Assembly (NCBI GenBank): GCA_002633005.1
Contig: NMRA01000162.1
Coordinates: forward strand, 551,632-615,631
Length of the DNA stretch: 64,000 bases
Direction: 5' to 3'
Source: Phoronis australis
Taxonomy: Eukaryota; Animalia; Phoronida
The notes under the pieces were generated by a model. It had not been told where the DNA came from and ran no database searches. It saw only the letters and a list, made by a program, of their open reading frames with translations. Position 1 is the first letter of the stretch; every line of letters begins with the position of its first letter. Positions 36,418-49,729 of this stretch are shown piece by piece. A program made the translations under genes and the position numbers.

Positions 36418-39400
36418 AGGCCTATGGTCCGAATTATAGAAGAAAAAAACCTCTTAACGCCGTTTAAGCCGGTTTTTTGATGTGACATGGAGTTCAAAAA
36501 GTTATTAACTTTCAACTTGTGCAAAAAGTTTGAAAAAAATCGTTGTAAATACTACAAACGAATGAAATGTTTACAAAGAATTTAGTATGCGTGACGCTAA
36601 ACTGATTAAAAACATTACAACAACGCATGCGCAGCCACAAATCTAGAGGTCAACAGAATTTATACAAATGGCGGGGAGAAGTAGGTCTACATGTATGAAG
36701 TGTACTTCCGAAGGCGAAACGCAGTCGTCCTGCTCTACGAGATTCAGATAAAGACGTGTTAGCCAGTACAAAAAGCGGCATTACCAACAAACCGTGTACC
36801 TGTAAGCGACTCGTTCGATAGGTGAGAAACAATGAGGACAAGACTGAATGTTCGAACTCGTGAAGGTTTTACATTACAACAAATGAACAATTCCAAGTTT
36901 TCGATGGACAAGTATAAGTCAGTAAGTGTGCTGTTTGTGAAATGCTCAATGACTCATATACACGGTTAGAGCATTCACTGATGGGTAACTGATCTCAGTC
37001 AGCATACATCGGACCCAAATCATTTTGAAGAGACTCATTTCGATCAGCTGTGAAGTTTTTGTTCTAATGGCATCTAATGCTACTAGTAGTAGTACTGATT
37101 CACGCTGACCCGGACTAGTTACACCATGTTAGTGTTTTAACATGTAGTTGAAACTGGTAAGGCCCTTTCATTCTAACGTCGACATGGCGATGTTTTGGGG
37201 AGTTGCAGTCAGTTTGGAGGGTTAACTTCGGTCCTGAATCGAAGTTAACTGTGCCAGTTGACTTCACAGTAGACAAGCGGAGCGGATAAGTCTTGGTCAA
37301 GATGGCTATACTTGAGAATGTCTTATTAGTTTTGTCATGGAATTGCTAAATTTTCGAGTTGTGTATCGAATACAGAGATTAGGCTATGGGCTTTAACGTA
37401 AGCCGGAATTTTCATCAATTATAAGTCTCTTAAGTCGCTGTCAATTTAGAATAATGCTGTCTCACCTACAAATTTTGCCCTCTGGTAATTATCAAAGTTC
37501 TTTTAAGCATAAAGGTGTGACAACTTGACTGAAAGTTCATTCTTAAATCTTGTGATTGCTCCTGGTAAAGTGAGTCAAATTGTATTTAAACCCTCCTTCA
37601 TCATCTGTACTTTCAGAATGAGTGGTTTAGACAACGCCCTCTATAAACTTCTTTGCCAGAGTCCCAGACTGGTCATCCCCTGAAGAAACCTTGAGGTATT
37701 GTTTCATTCATTTCCTTAATATCTCATGGAGTGACATTTCACATTTTATTCAACTCACAACTCACAATCCTAACCAAAGATATCACTGTTTCATTTACAG
37801 TATTTAAACATGCCTTGTTTAAAGCCTGTTCAATTTCTATTCAGCGATTCACCCAGGATTTCGAAAATAGGGTGTCCAAAAAGGGATTCCCAATATTTTG
37901 GAGTGTCCGTGATTCCGACAACGCATTACCCCTACCACCGTGCAGTGCACCAGCAACCCCCCACACTGATTTTTTTACAAAAATACATAGATCAAAGCGT
38001 TTACATCTGCGTTTTCAAACTAACCCCCTGTAGCGAGCTTTTTTACTAAAAAAACTGCTTGGACCTAGACTTTTACACCTAAACTTATGAATACAGCCAA
38101 GCAGCTTACCAGACAAATATTAGAGATATTTTTTAAGGATGAGTGCACTTCGCACATGATGGCGTCACTGCTGTTCCATATTAAAACATGGAAATGCACA
38201 TTGAAATGCACGAAGCAGTGTTTCATTTGAGTTATTTATATTAGGTTTGTGTAAACCGTACTTTAGTGTGAAGTTTTTATTCTAATGTATCAGTGCTTTG
38301 GAGGATGTCCAGTTGAGCAAAGAACATTTGTAATGTAACTAATTTGCATGTGAAAATTTTCAACTCGCTTACAACTGTAGTATAAATGCAAGCTAACTCC
38401 AGCTGCTGGTTGAAATTCTGTGCATCATGTTTGGTGTGGGGAGCAATTATGATTTCTAAAAACCTTATTTTGAAAATTTGCCCTTTTACGATTCCATCTG
38501 TCGATTCAATGTCACTGTTTCAGATTCATAGATACATGTCTGAGTTCTCAGTGTAGAGGCCTCAGAATAAATTTTAAACTGAATGTCTTCTTACAAATGC
38601 CACTATTGTCATCTTACAGGGATTCAGAGCTGTTGTTCACCGTTGTCCTTATCTTCTTTGTCACCTGCATCCTCACAATCTGGATCAAAGGTTTGTGTCT
38701 GCTCTTGTAAAGACTCTATGCTCTATTGGAATTTAAAGTAGATATAGGCATGCCTTATGTCACGAAAACCAACTGTTTATTTAGACCATGTACCATTAGT
38801 ATGATATTGATCTCGAATTGTTCCTTGATAAAAATAAGGTGTGAATTTTGGGCTTGAAAATCTCCAGCAATTTGTTACTACTTGAGAGATTCTTTAGGTT
38901 GACGTGTCACACCATGCCATTTCATTCACCTGACATGGTCACAACCATAATGAACTGACAGTTCTTTGCAAGACCAAAACTTATTTCTCATCTGAATGAG
39001 GAAAGTGGTTAAAATCAAAAGTTAAGTTGCGCGGATAACAGGGTACATAGCCGCAGAAATTTTTCTGTGAAAATGCAACTCTATTTTCTCTCAATGTAGG
39101 TTTCTTACTGCTTGTTAAAAGACGATAATAGTATGACCGGCTGCTCAGTAGCACTTGGGACATAACCATGTTGCCATGAGTTCAATTTCTTGCCTTGGAA
39201 CTCTAGGATCCACTTAAACCATAAAGTGGCAATGGCCATCAAAAGTTATCATGATGCGATGAAGATTTGGCAATGCGTGCATTAGTTCTTGCACCATCTT
39301 TCTAATTTGCAACCTCTCACACTTGTTTATACTAGCATTCCGTTGGTGGTATAGATACAGTTATCATTACTTGTACCCAATGGTGGTTTTCTTTGCACTG

Positions 39401-42400
39401 TATTTTTGGTTTTAGTGTTTCAGTGCTCAATTATATTGTAACTTTTTCACAATATTTTACACTTACAGGCTACATAGGTACTTCAGTGAGAAATCTAAGA
39501 GTAATACTGTCAAGGATTAAGAAAGGTCTATACTCCAGTGCCACCGGTGTCCATAATTAGCAGATGCTTGAGAGAAAAACAAGGCGTGCACAAACTTGAC
39601 ACATGACTTCCAGGGGCCACCCAGTTCATTGCCTTGAGGATCAATGGTTTTGCAATGACAACAAATGTTATTTGATCTATCAAAAGAAGTATCACTGCTT
39701 CAGTGAACATTTGACACTAATTTTAAAGTTACCTTTGCATAGCTTGACGTGGATATAGACTGTTGTCAATACAAAAGGACACGGCTATATTTTTGATCTT
39801 ACTCATTACCGTACAGCATATAAATCTGACATTCTTCTTTTTATATATGTAAACCAACAATCCTTTACCACTGTTTGCTTACATTTGACTCCAAAACTGT
39901 GATACAGTACCTGCTTTTTAATTGAAGTGCTCATGTAACTTGGTTCATGTTGAGTTTATCAACAGTCATCATCTGCTTTTGGTGGTCCACGTGGTTGTGC
40001 GAATTGACTACGTACAAGACCAAATCTCTGTAGCCAGAGCCTTGGAAGGAAAATGGTAAAAGGTTATTACAAGTGTCATGTCAGCAGTGTTTTCTTTCAC
40101 AGTCACATGTGTGCATAATGAGGGTGCGTAACTGGATTTCCAAAACTGTCTTGATTAGAAATACTCACAGGCATATGCAAAATGCAGGTGACGTGTTGCT
40201 TCTTATAGATCTTTTCAGTGTAGTGGACACTCCTCAGCATCTGCCACAGGTACACCCTAATGACAATCACAGCTGGTGATACCCACCACCCCAGTGAGTA
40301 TGGACACAGCAAGTTGAATACAATGCCCTCATCCTCAGATATAATGTGAGGCTGAAAAAATCAAACCACATTAATTTTGAGTTGTAGTTTAAACATAACC
40401 TCAACATGAAGGGGAATGTTGTTTTCATAGCTGCAAACTGGTTGTTCTTGAAAAAGCAAGTGGTCCATTATTAATGAAGTTTTAATTAATGAAGTTTTAA
40501 GACAGTATAATTTTCAGCATTTTATGTGGCATATTTTAGTGATACATAGCAATTGTATTTTATTGCAGGTTTTCAATTTTGTTACCTATAAAGCTTGTGT
40601 GATTGCTGATGAAAGAAAACAATAAGAATGACTTGATAACACAAAAGTTATGTAGAATCGGTTCTATTGCGTTAAGAAACGAGAGTTCCAAGCATACCTG
40701 CGAAGGGACCGAACATCAATTGCCACCTAAGCCTATTCCTCTGCACATGGCTCAGTACTCCAATCATGTTGTCTCTATTGCTTGAGTATTGTTATTGTTG
40801 GTGAACTGGTGATGCACATTACGGTGAACCTTTAAAAACATGGTAATCACATAAAATGCCAATCTGAGCAGTACATAGATAACATTGATCAATACATTCC
40901 ATAGGATACACATTTTCGCAAAAGTATGAATGTACCTGAAATTGAAACTTCAGTGTTCTACCTGTTTCCAGACTAATTAAGTTCATTTCATGTGTTAACT
41001 TGCCAATACCGATGCTAGAAGTCTGTAACAGCTGACATTCAAGGAGGATAGATGATTTTCGAAGCACCCTTTAGGCCCTCTGCCATGTAAACTGATGGAT
41101 TGTGTTCTTGATAAAGTGAGTCTGCAAGGGCCTAGTTGCACACTCAAAGTCCAAGAAAGAGTATATTAATTAAAAGCAAGCACTGTCATTAACCTTCCCT
41201 TGTCCCTAGCCCTTTATTTACCCAATCGAGACCATACCACTGATAATACAAGATGTAACCTGCTCGACCTTTATTAATGCTACTACTGATCTGCCTTTGG
41301 CTTATACCCTTTTGCCTTTGAGGAGGTCCCATACATAGTATATTGTTCTGTAATGATGTGACCACTCCCAGTGTCCTGCAATTTGAGAACCAGATTTCTT
41401 CACTGAATAACAGGCATCAAATTTGTTGCATCCCATTCCCAACCATAGTTTTGTATGATCTCACTATTCTCACAACAAGCTTCAGCCTGCCGGCACTTCC
41501 CAAGTTTGCTTGCATTTGATCCGAGGATTCATCGCTGATCCAGTGGGTTGTGTTCAAGTGGACTAGCTAGCTGACTAGTCAGTGGTGGATTTAGAGGGGG
41601 GCTATGGCCTCCCTAAAATTCTCACAGTTCCCATTTGGCAGTTCGGGGGTGCAAATGTTTGGTGAACTAAATCCTGGCCAATACTCTGCCCTGTTCCCCC
41701 AACTCAAAATCCTGGATCTGATCCAGGGGCGAATCCAGTATTTTGAGTTAGGGGGGCCAGGGCACAGGAATAACCAGAATTTTGCGACATGCGCGAGCCC
41801 AGTTTGATGTAGGAATGCGGGGGTATCGAATTTTTGGGTTTGTGGATCTTATTACTAAAAAAAACATTAACGGTAAACAGGGTGTGTTCAAGGGGCATTT
41901 TCTAGTGAGCAGTTTACACCCCGAACTGCCAAATGGTATCTGGGAGAATTTTAGGGGGGCCATGGCCCTCTTGGCACCCCCATTTAAATCCCCCAACGTG
42001 CTCCTGCTAGCACAATATACAAGTAGAGTATAGAGTCCCTGGTGATAGACGATGATTTTCTTATGGCAATGAAAAACCAGGAATAGTTTTGCAATTCAAG
42101 TCCAAAGTCTGAAAACTGCCAGCAGGTAGAAATTCAACTCACGACCATCGAGTGACAAACAGGGTCTATCCAACCACAATAACATTACACTCTTTTTCAG
42201 TCAAAGCATTGATAGGCCTTGGGCTAGGACTAGCCTTGGTACAAATCAGTATACTAAATATACTAGCCTGGCTGTGTGAATTTCGGGCTCTATTAAAGAA
42301 AAACACACAGTGGTACTTAGCTGTATTTTGATACCGCTAGCTGGCTGGCTAGGGTACCACTGAAGACTCGACTCGATCACGATTACTATCGAATTCAGTA

Positions 42401-42795
42401 CGTAATTTTCCCACAGGTAATGGTTTCATGTAATCCTAAGAGTAATAGTTAGACTGCTCAGCTCATACAGGGAGCAACATCGTCATCAAAATGTTCAAGA
42501 AACGAATAAATTACCTGGTTAAGGCGAACTTCTCTTCTTCGAAGCAGTACCGGAAACAGCTTACTATTTGTCTTGAGTTGCCGAAAGGTCAAACCGCACA
42601 GCATTATGGGCAACAATCGTTTGTTTTGATCACGCAGATTTTAAGAAAATAAAAAACAAAAGAAAAAATATGTACAAGCAACAGATCGACCCCATATTTA
42701 CGAAAAGTTCTAATTAAGTGTCAGAGAGTATGTTTCAATGGTTTTTATGCGGATTCACGATGTTTTTCGAACGTCTACAAACGGATCATATGACT
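36418..42795 (-). mobile_element. Kolobok-type DNA transposon nested in the Gypsy RT (decayed autonomous-type)
   Basis: TTAA on both sides (36414-17, 42796-99); AG-starting TIRs AGGCCTATGGTCCG vs AGTCATATGATCCG (11/14). Minus-strand remnants: THAP-like CCAV..NS..VSCFR..EHFDDD (~42480-42605) and VENFH (~38360). Plus-strand Cys remnant PCTCK..TEC..ITTNEQF (~36790-36895). Confidence 0.8.
41580..41998. mobile_element. hAT-like MITE (CAGTGG/CAGGGG-type termini)
   Basis: ~75-bp imperfect inverted ends (ccctaaaattctc..ccatttggcagttcgggg / ccccgaactgccaaatgg..gagaattttagggg). A related copy lies at 56692-56834. No TSD found. Confidence 0.6.
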
Positions 42796-42799
42796 TTAA

Positions 42800-43425
42800 G
42801 CTTTCGGAGGAGGCTCAGAGATTGCTGGTGATAAACACCCATAAGGGGTTATGTGCGTACCAACGGTTACCGTTTGGGTTGCACTCAGCGTGCCATGGAA
42901 AATGTGCTGAGAGGGATACCCGGTTGCGCCGTTTATGTTGATGATATCATTGTCACGGGTTCGTCGATTGCCGAGCATCGCGAGAACCTTAAGTAAGTTT
43001 TGGAACGCCTCAGTAGTTGCGGATTGCGCTTAAACAGAGCGAAGTGCAAGTTTTTGCAGTCCGAGGTGCGGTACTTGGGCCACCGGATTACGGCCCAAGG
43101 GATACACCCTCTTGAGGACAAAGTAGAAAGCGTTCATCGGTTTCCGGTTCCAAAGGATAAGTCTGAGGTTGCTACTTTTTGTGGTATGGTGAAGTACTAT
43201 CACCGGTTTTTGCCGCGTGCTGCGGACGTGTTGGCCCCACTCTACGCGCTGGAAAAGAAGAACATCCCTTGGAGATGGACACAGAAGGAGGAGGACTCTT
43301 TCAACGCCGCGAAAGAACTTTTGACGTCGAACACTTTGTTATGTCACTACGACCCAAGTAAACCGTTATCGATTACGATCGATGCTTCTTCGTTCGGCTT
43401 GGGGGCAGTGTTAGAGCAGGCGGTC
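42800..43425 (+). pseudogene. pol: RT C-terminal part (YVDD) and start of RNase H
   Basis: LSEEAQRLLVINTHKGL..YQRLPFG; YVDD at 42934-45; in-frame TAA at 42994; KCKF..V.YLGH; TIDASSFGLGAVL. Confidence 0.95.
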
Positions 43426-43895
43426 NNNNNNNNNNNNNNNNNNNNNNNNNNNNNNNNNNNNNNNNNNNNNNNNNNNNNNNNNNNNNNNNNNNNNNNNNNN
43501 NNNNNNNNNNNNNNNNNNNNNNNNNNNNNNNNNNNNNNNNNNNNNNNNNNNNNNNNNNNNNNNNNNNNNNNNNNNNNNNNNNNNNNNNNNNNNNNNNNNN
43601 NNNNNNNNNNNNNNNNNNNNNNNNNNNNNNNNNNNNNNNNNNNNNNNNNNNNNNNNNNNNNNNNNNNNNNNNNNNNNNNNNNNNNNNNNNNNNNNNNNNN
43701 NNNNNNNNNNNNNNNNNNNNNNNNNNNNNNNNNNNNNNNNNNNNNNNNNNNNNNNNNNNNNNNNNNNNNNNNNNNNNNNNNNNNNNNNNNNNNNNNNNNN
43801 NNNNNNNNNNNNNNNNNNNNNNNNNNNNNNNNNNNNNNNNNNNNNNNNNNNNNNNNNNNNNNNNNNNNNNNNNNNNNNNNNNNNNNNNNNNNNNN
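43426..43895. other. Assembly gap (470 N) covering most of RNase H
   Basis: N run; a second gap lies at 54540-54619. Confidence 1.
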
Positions 43896-45038
43896 CTGCG
43901 TGTTGTGGGGTGCCAGAGTAGTTGTCCCACCCCAAGGTCGCGATGCTGTTATGAATGAACTACACGACACACATCCCGGCATAGTGCGAATGAAGATGTT
44001 AGCTCGTGGATACGTGTGGTGGCCTAACATGGACAGTGAACTTGAAAGGAAAGTTCATGCGTGTAAAACTTGCCAGTCGGTGCGGAATATTCCGAACAAA
44101 CGTCAACCACTACACCCGTGGGAGTACCCCAGTAAGCCATGGTCCAGACTGCATATAGACTACGCAGGGCCCATGGAAGGTAGAATGTTCTTGGTCGTCG
44201 TTGATGCGTTTTCGAAATGGATGGACGTTTTTCCTACGTCAAGCTCGTCCTCCGCGGTAACAATTTCGAAGTTGAGAGCATTGTTCAGTACGCACGGTTT
44301 GCCAGACTTGATTGTCTCGGACAACGGGACCTGCTTTACGAGTGAGGAGTTTAAAAAGTTTCTCATGTCTAATGGAGCACGACACGTCACGGGTGCTCCG
44401 TACCATCCCCCCAAAAATGGATTGGCGGAAGCGATGAAGAAATGTGCCGGGTCCCTTGAGGACAAGTTGTTGCGTTTTTTGTTTGACTACCGTATCACAC
44501 CACACTCATCGACTGGAGTTGCTCCTTGTGAGCTATTGATGAACCGCAGGCTGGGGTCCCGTTTTGATAGGTTGTTGCCTGATGTCAACAAGAAGGTCGA
44601 AGACATCCAGCGTAGGCAGATGAGGCAGTACAGTGGAGCAAATAAGCTGCAGGAATACCAACTGGAGATAGTGTTTACTTTAGAAATTACTCTCAGTATG
44701 GGCCGCCTAATCTGTTAGGCACCGTGGAAGATATTACTGGCCCGGTGTCATGTAGGATTCGCTGTCAGGATGGCCGAGTGTTCAGACGCCATCACGACCA
44801 GATGTTTAAAGGTGTGCCCTAGGAGCATGAGGTGTCGGCGCGCGTGGATGTTGGTGTTGAACCGCAGCAGACCCCAAGCTCAGTAGCGTCATCCGAAGTA
44901 GGCCCGGTTGCAGAGGTGACCCGGTCAGGGGCTGTGGTTGCTGAAACAAACGGCGCTGTGGAGAGTGCTAGCCCTGAGGCCCCCCCTCTCCGGCGTTCCG
45001 TGCGAGTACGGAAGCCTGTTGATAAACTGAACTTGTAG
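43896..45038 (+). pseudogene. pol: Integrase (HHCC + DDE + C-terminal tail)
   Basis: LHDTHPG..CKTCQ; HIDYAGP, VSDNG, NGLAE; frameshifted tail GPVS..RRHHDQ..PLRRSVRVRKP. Confidence 0.95.
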
Positions 45039-45163
45039 ACACTAAGGAGTTGGAGTAGTTAACCAATTCGTTGACATTTTAATCAGATACTAGTCAGACT
45101 TTTGTTGAAGAGACATTAATTACTACACTTAAAATGGACGTTACTAACGTGGCATACTTTAAC

Positions 45164-45177
45164 GGGATGGGGAGGGG
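45164..45177 (+). promoter_or_regulatory. Polypurine tract
   Basis: GGGATGGGGAGGGG directly before the 3' LTR. Confidence 0.88.
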
Positions 45178-45339
45178 TGTGATGTACTGTCTTGCAGTGA
45201 CATCTATTGAGTAGTTTTAGTATTGGAGTTGACAGCCTCACTTTGGCGAGTCTTCAGTGAGCAGCCATTTAGCATTGTATTGTTTTAGTCTGTTCTCAGA
45301 AATAAATCAGATTTTATCCGAAACATCGGCTATACTACA
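45178..45339 (+). repeat. 3' LTR
   Basis: 159/162 identical to the 5' LTR. Confidence 0.97.
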
Positions 45340-45436
45340 CCACACATTTTCAGTTATCAGAACCATGCGAAACGGCGCGATATCTCGAGGTGATGCCTTC
45401 CCAACAGTCCCCTTTGTAAACCTCTTCCAATTCTAT

Positions 45437-46035
45437 TTAAGGTATGTTGAACTCGCCAGTTTGTGAATTTTTCTTTTTTTTTCGTCGCGCTTTTGCACGC
45501 GTCGACCACTCTCTCTCAACGTAACCTTGAACACCCACCGCATATGTCTGGGACTTGGAAGCCGTTGTTGAAGAAACCTTGTTCTCACGTCTTTTAGGCA
45601 ATGGTGCTTCGTTGTTTTCGGAGACTCTGGCGGATTTCAATTGTCGCTTCAGAGCAGGCTTTACTAGTTCGCTGACATTGACAGCAAGGGTACTTCCTCG
45701 TGCCAGAGAACGTGCACTTGTCTTGTCACATTCGTCCCATTTCTCGTAAATGTTACATTCCGTTTTTAAAGACATGCGCACCAGCTGCTCAATACTGTCT
45801 TTCAGCACCAAATGTTGATCATCGCCGTCCTCGATGTATAACGTTGGACTATTGTCGCTCACTATTTTCACATTTTTTTCTGGGATATAACACTTACTGG
45901 GTTGCCTGGAACGGGGCCTGTCTCTCATGTTAGCAATGGAGCGCCTTCTCGTCTTGAACAGAATAATCAGAATTCCTGTCAAGATTACCAAGAAGATTGC
46001 ACCTCCTAATGACGATCCTGTGACAATTGAATCAT
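45437..46035 (-). CDS. Terminal exon of a single-pass membrane receptor (TM + ~170-aa cytoplasmic tail), paralogue D
   Basis: Phase-1 acceptor cttttggttacag; hydrophobic GGAIFLVILTGILIILF followed by KTRRRS stop-transfer; uninterrupted ORF; clear paralogue at 59292-59941. Confidence 0.75.
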
Positions 46036-46678
46036 CTGTAACCAAAAGCACACGTCACGCGATTTCTACAATTGCATGTGATAAAGACGTTACTTATTTA
46101 AAAAATCACCAAATGTTCTAATGGCAGGGATAACTTTTACAGTCATGAAATTGAGGGCCACTTTCTGAGAGCACCTACAGGTTGTTCTACATGCCCATGA
46201 CATTTTATGAGTGCTTGGTCTACCCCTAGATATGCACTAAGCCAACTTTGGTTTTTCAAACACAAGCTTCGTTTTGCTTTCAAGCTGATTTTGCCAAAAG
46301 GGCTTTTTTCTATACTTATTTTTGAAAAAAGCTCTCAGGTTTGCAAGACTAGTAAACTTAGGCACAGTTATGTTTTTCTGTGAATGTATCTAGCCTTAAG
46401 ATTCAAAAATACGCTTGGTATTTAAGACAGAGAATTTCAATTTTATGTACTGGCTTTTCAAAGGTGAGAATTTTTGCGAATATTCAACGGCCTGATTATA
46501 CCCATTTTAAATAAGGAAAGAACAAAGAATGCAGCATGTGAGTATGCGACCAGTGTGATTTGGTAGTATTGGAATAGTTTAATACGTACATTAATTTAGA
46601 TAGTTAAAACTGATGTCAAAATACAAAAATGTCTGCTATACTTCCGCTGTCGTACAGTTTCATAGCGATGGTAAATAA

Positions 46679-47862
46679 CAACAGACACTGAGAAATTCAT
46701 TTTTCCATCCAAAAACTTTCAGAAATTTTCGACATCTGCTTTCCTGATGTTAAGAAAAACAACAACGGACTTAAACCGGCTTGACCATCATGTAGAAGAA
46801 AAAACACAGTGTCCACCTGGCCGCTGTACACAGACGTTATTGCATGTTGCGCTTAGTTAATATCCGTCCTTACCACGGTTCATGGGTCTCTTCTCTTTTC
46901 TGATGTGGATCGAGTCCATATCTTTCTTTTAAGATAATTGACCTCCGTGCCAATGTTAGCCACACACGAACAGCCAAAGGTCTGGAATTTCTCTAGATAG
47001 TCTGTGATTGCAGGTTCATTAACCTCACGTAGTGGCTCTGGTGAAACTTGTTAAAATAAACTGCGTTAACCTCTTTTTAACGATCCTTGAGTCGACATTT
47101 AAAATTTGCAGATATGTTGCTTGTAAATGTTTGGTCACAGGAGCGCAGGGTATATTGTTGACAATACCACTAGAGTCTGCAGTGTCCCTTTTATCCCTCG
47201 GATATATCAAGACACTCCGCATCGTCCTGTGTGGCCACATCGCCCGTTTGATTCCATGCTACATGTACACTTCACTCCTCGTTTCTGAGACTCTGATCAG
47301 AGTGTACAAGAAGTTTGCGATCAAAACAGCGATGAAGCCTCACGCGACCTTGAGGATTGTGTCGGTACATCCGAAGGGTAAACGTGAAATTGAACACTCT
47401 AATGGTCATGCCTACAAAATACCTTGCGCCTACCGTCATCAGACATTACATGCATATGCGACACCTCTAAGAATTTTTAATATTACGTCAAGAGACACCA
47501 GAAAGAGGGTCAGGCGGTGACTAAATACTTTATTCACAAGAGCTACTAGAATTATGCTTAAGAAATCAGCAACCACAGATCATGCAGCTAGAGACAACCA
47601 TGTTATTGATTGGCCGGGTGTAGCTATCATCGAGAGGGAGGCCAGAGATACTAAAAGAAAAACACGAGAGTCGACATCCACCAGAAAATGGAGATCATCC
47701 ATCAACCGTAATGAGGGCGAATATAAATTCAGTGCAACGCACGACATCCTGTGAACAGTGCCACCTAGTATGCATCAAATAAGACGTCATGCATATGTCG
47801 AAAATCTCTGCAGGAATTTCACGGTTCTTTGGATGGAAACATGAATTTCTCTGTATCTGTTG
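46679..47862 (+). mobile_element. Penelope-like element remnant with inverted 3' duplication
   Basis: Plus strand 47250-47754: KTAMKPHATLR..VHPK..AYKIPC..SA..DH..NHVIDW..INRNEGEY.FS (GIY-YIG region). Minus strand ~46680-46930 repeats the 3' end (SIHIRK..MNR..GY.LS and the ttccatccaaa block). Confidence 0.8.
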
Positions 47863-49729
47863 GCACAAATCCATTTATTTTAGGATTAACATCCAGGTGT
47901 TCGGACATTATGCCTGCATTGGTCTTTCTCAATTATCATAACTGGCATTTTATGAAACTGGACGTCGTGTTGCCTGCCAAATAATTATCGTTTGAGTATC
48001 TTTTTCGTTATCTGAAACTTTGTCTCTGGATTGATCGACCCTTATGGTAACAACGATTAACAGTGTCTAATTCCCTTTTTTCACAGCAGAATAAACGTAT
48101 GTGGCAATGAAACGTGTGAAACAAAACAAAATGAATAAACACACATGAAGAAGGAATTGTGCAACTTTAAACCTCGGAAATCAACCATCAGAAATGGTGC
48201 TCACTTTACAAACTTTGCCAGTTGAACGGACAAAGTAATCCAGATGTTTCAGAACTTCATTAATAGATCGGATCTTAACAGTCCTCACTACACAGTTTGT
48301 GCATCTCCATCCCGCAGCAAAAGTTTGAGATGACAGCCATTCAAGAAAAGAAGCCACTGATCTGGGTCTCTATTTGTCGTCTCATTTAAAACGTATATTT
48401 GCATTCTTCTAAAAACCTTTGGGCAACCACACCTCTCGACCCACGACCACTCTGACCCACGGCCCACAATCCTCCTCGACCCAGTCGAAACAGGCTCGGC
48501 TTAATCGGAACATGTAGTACGCGTGTGACCTGCAGGACGGACGATTCTGTCCGTGAGCTCAGCTGACTTTTCCCAGTTTTTGTAAGTAAGAGAATCGATT
48601 TGGCAAGTTTGAAATCCAAAAACATAAAGCGCAACGCCACCAAATCAATTCAAAGAGCTGTGTTCAGTAGAACAGGGTCATTGTTAGCCTGTCGCGGACT
48701 TGTTGAGAGTCACTGCATGCGAACGTCAGGCAATTTGCAAGATTATTGGAACACGACATGTAACGAATTTTAAATTTGATATAGTAAATATATCATTTGG
48801 GATGAATTAGCTACAAAAATATAAAAATTAAGTTTTGTCATTCGCCAGTTTGTAATTATATAACGAATTACTAAATCGGGTGAAAAAATGGTCTAACCCC
48901 TTGTGCGCAACTGTTGAAAATGCCCTATGTTTCCATGGGAATTAAACCACTTTGCGGGCGTTTAAAAATGAAAATTTGATTGAGTTATACACAACTATCC
49001 ACTTTGTAATTGAGAATGCCAAAAATAATTCAGAATGACGTATTTTGATACTTTTAAGGAACTTTTGAATACATTTACCAATTGAGACCTATATGGAGGC
49101 CTATGTAATTCAAGCACGCAAAAACGCACACCACCCACACATGGGTTCTGTGATAGCTAATGCTCTCGTCTTTGACCAGATATTGTTATTTCCGTGGACA
49201 GCACCTTTTTTAATTCTCGAATTTGCACTTTAGCGAAGGCGCTTTCAACACTTTCACCTGTTTCATACTGCCACCAATAGAGGGCGGCAAAGCAGAAAAT
49301 ATGAAAAACATGATCCAAATTGGAAGTATATCGTAATAAAAAATCATCTTAAATTTTATTCAAGATAACTAGAATTGCTTCGAGCGTTTCTTTAGCGAAA
49401 TATTGCGTTGTTTACATTAAGCTAAGAAACGGAATGAGGTTCACAAAAATAGGTCACGCTCTGAAGGAAAATGGCCAAGCCAGCATGAGCGAGCCGATGT
49501 GTTACTTACAACAAAGATATTGTCAAATACCTGAAAAGTGTCAGCGCACTAGATCACTTGGAAAAATGGGAGTTAATTGGCAATTTGGCACGAATGGGAG
49601 TGTGAGAGACAAAGGAACTAGCCAGCCTGTTATAACAAAAGATCTTATGTCCAAAGCACCTTATGTGGCAGTATCTAGGTTGTAAGCCAAGGTGTACGTT
49701 TGCAGCATCAGGAATGCAAAGGATGTTCA

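Larger units (their letters stand above)
34428..45339 (+). mobile_element. Ty3/Gypsy (Mag-like) LTR retrotransposon, full-length, inactivated
   Basis: Two 162-bp TG...CA LTRs with 3 mismatches; 5-bp TSD CCACA (34423-27, 45340-44); PBS, PPT; gag-PR-RT-RH-IN order. Confidence 0.97.

Noticed and set aside
36418-42795. piggyBac, or a Kolobok with long terminal direct repeats
   Set aside because: The termini start with AG rather than CC/YY, and no long direct repeats are visible at the two ends.
43347-44030. Long minus-strand ORFs
   Set aside because: Their length comes from the N gap, and they are antisense to pol.
44832-45038. env-like extra ORF in the Gypsy element
   Set aside because: No signal peptide or TM; it is the integrase C-terminal tail (LRRS.R.RKP) after a frameshift and stop.
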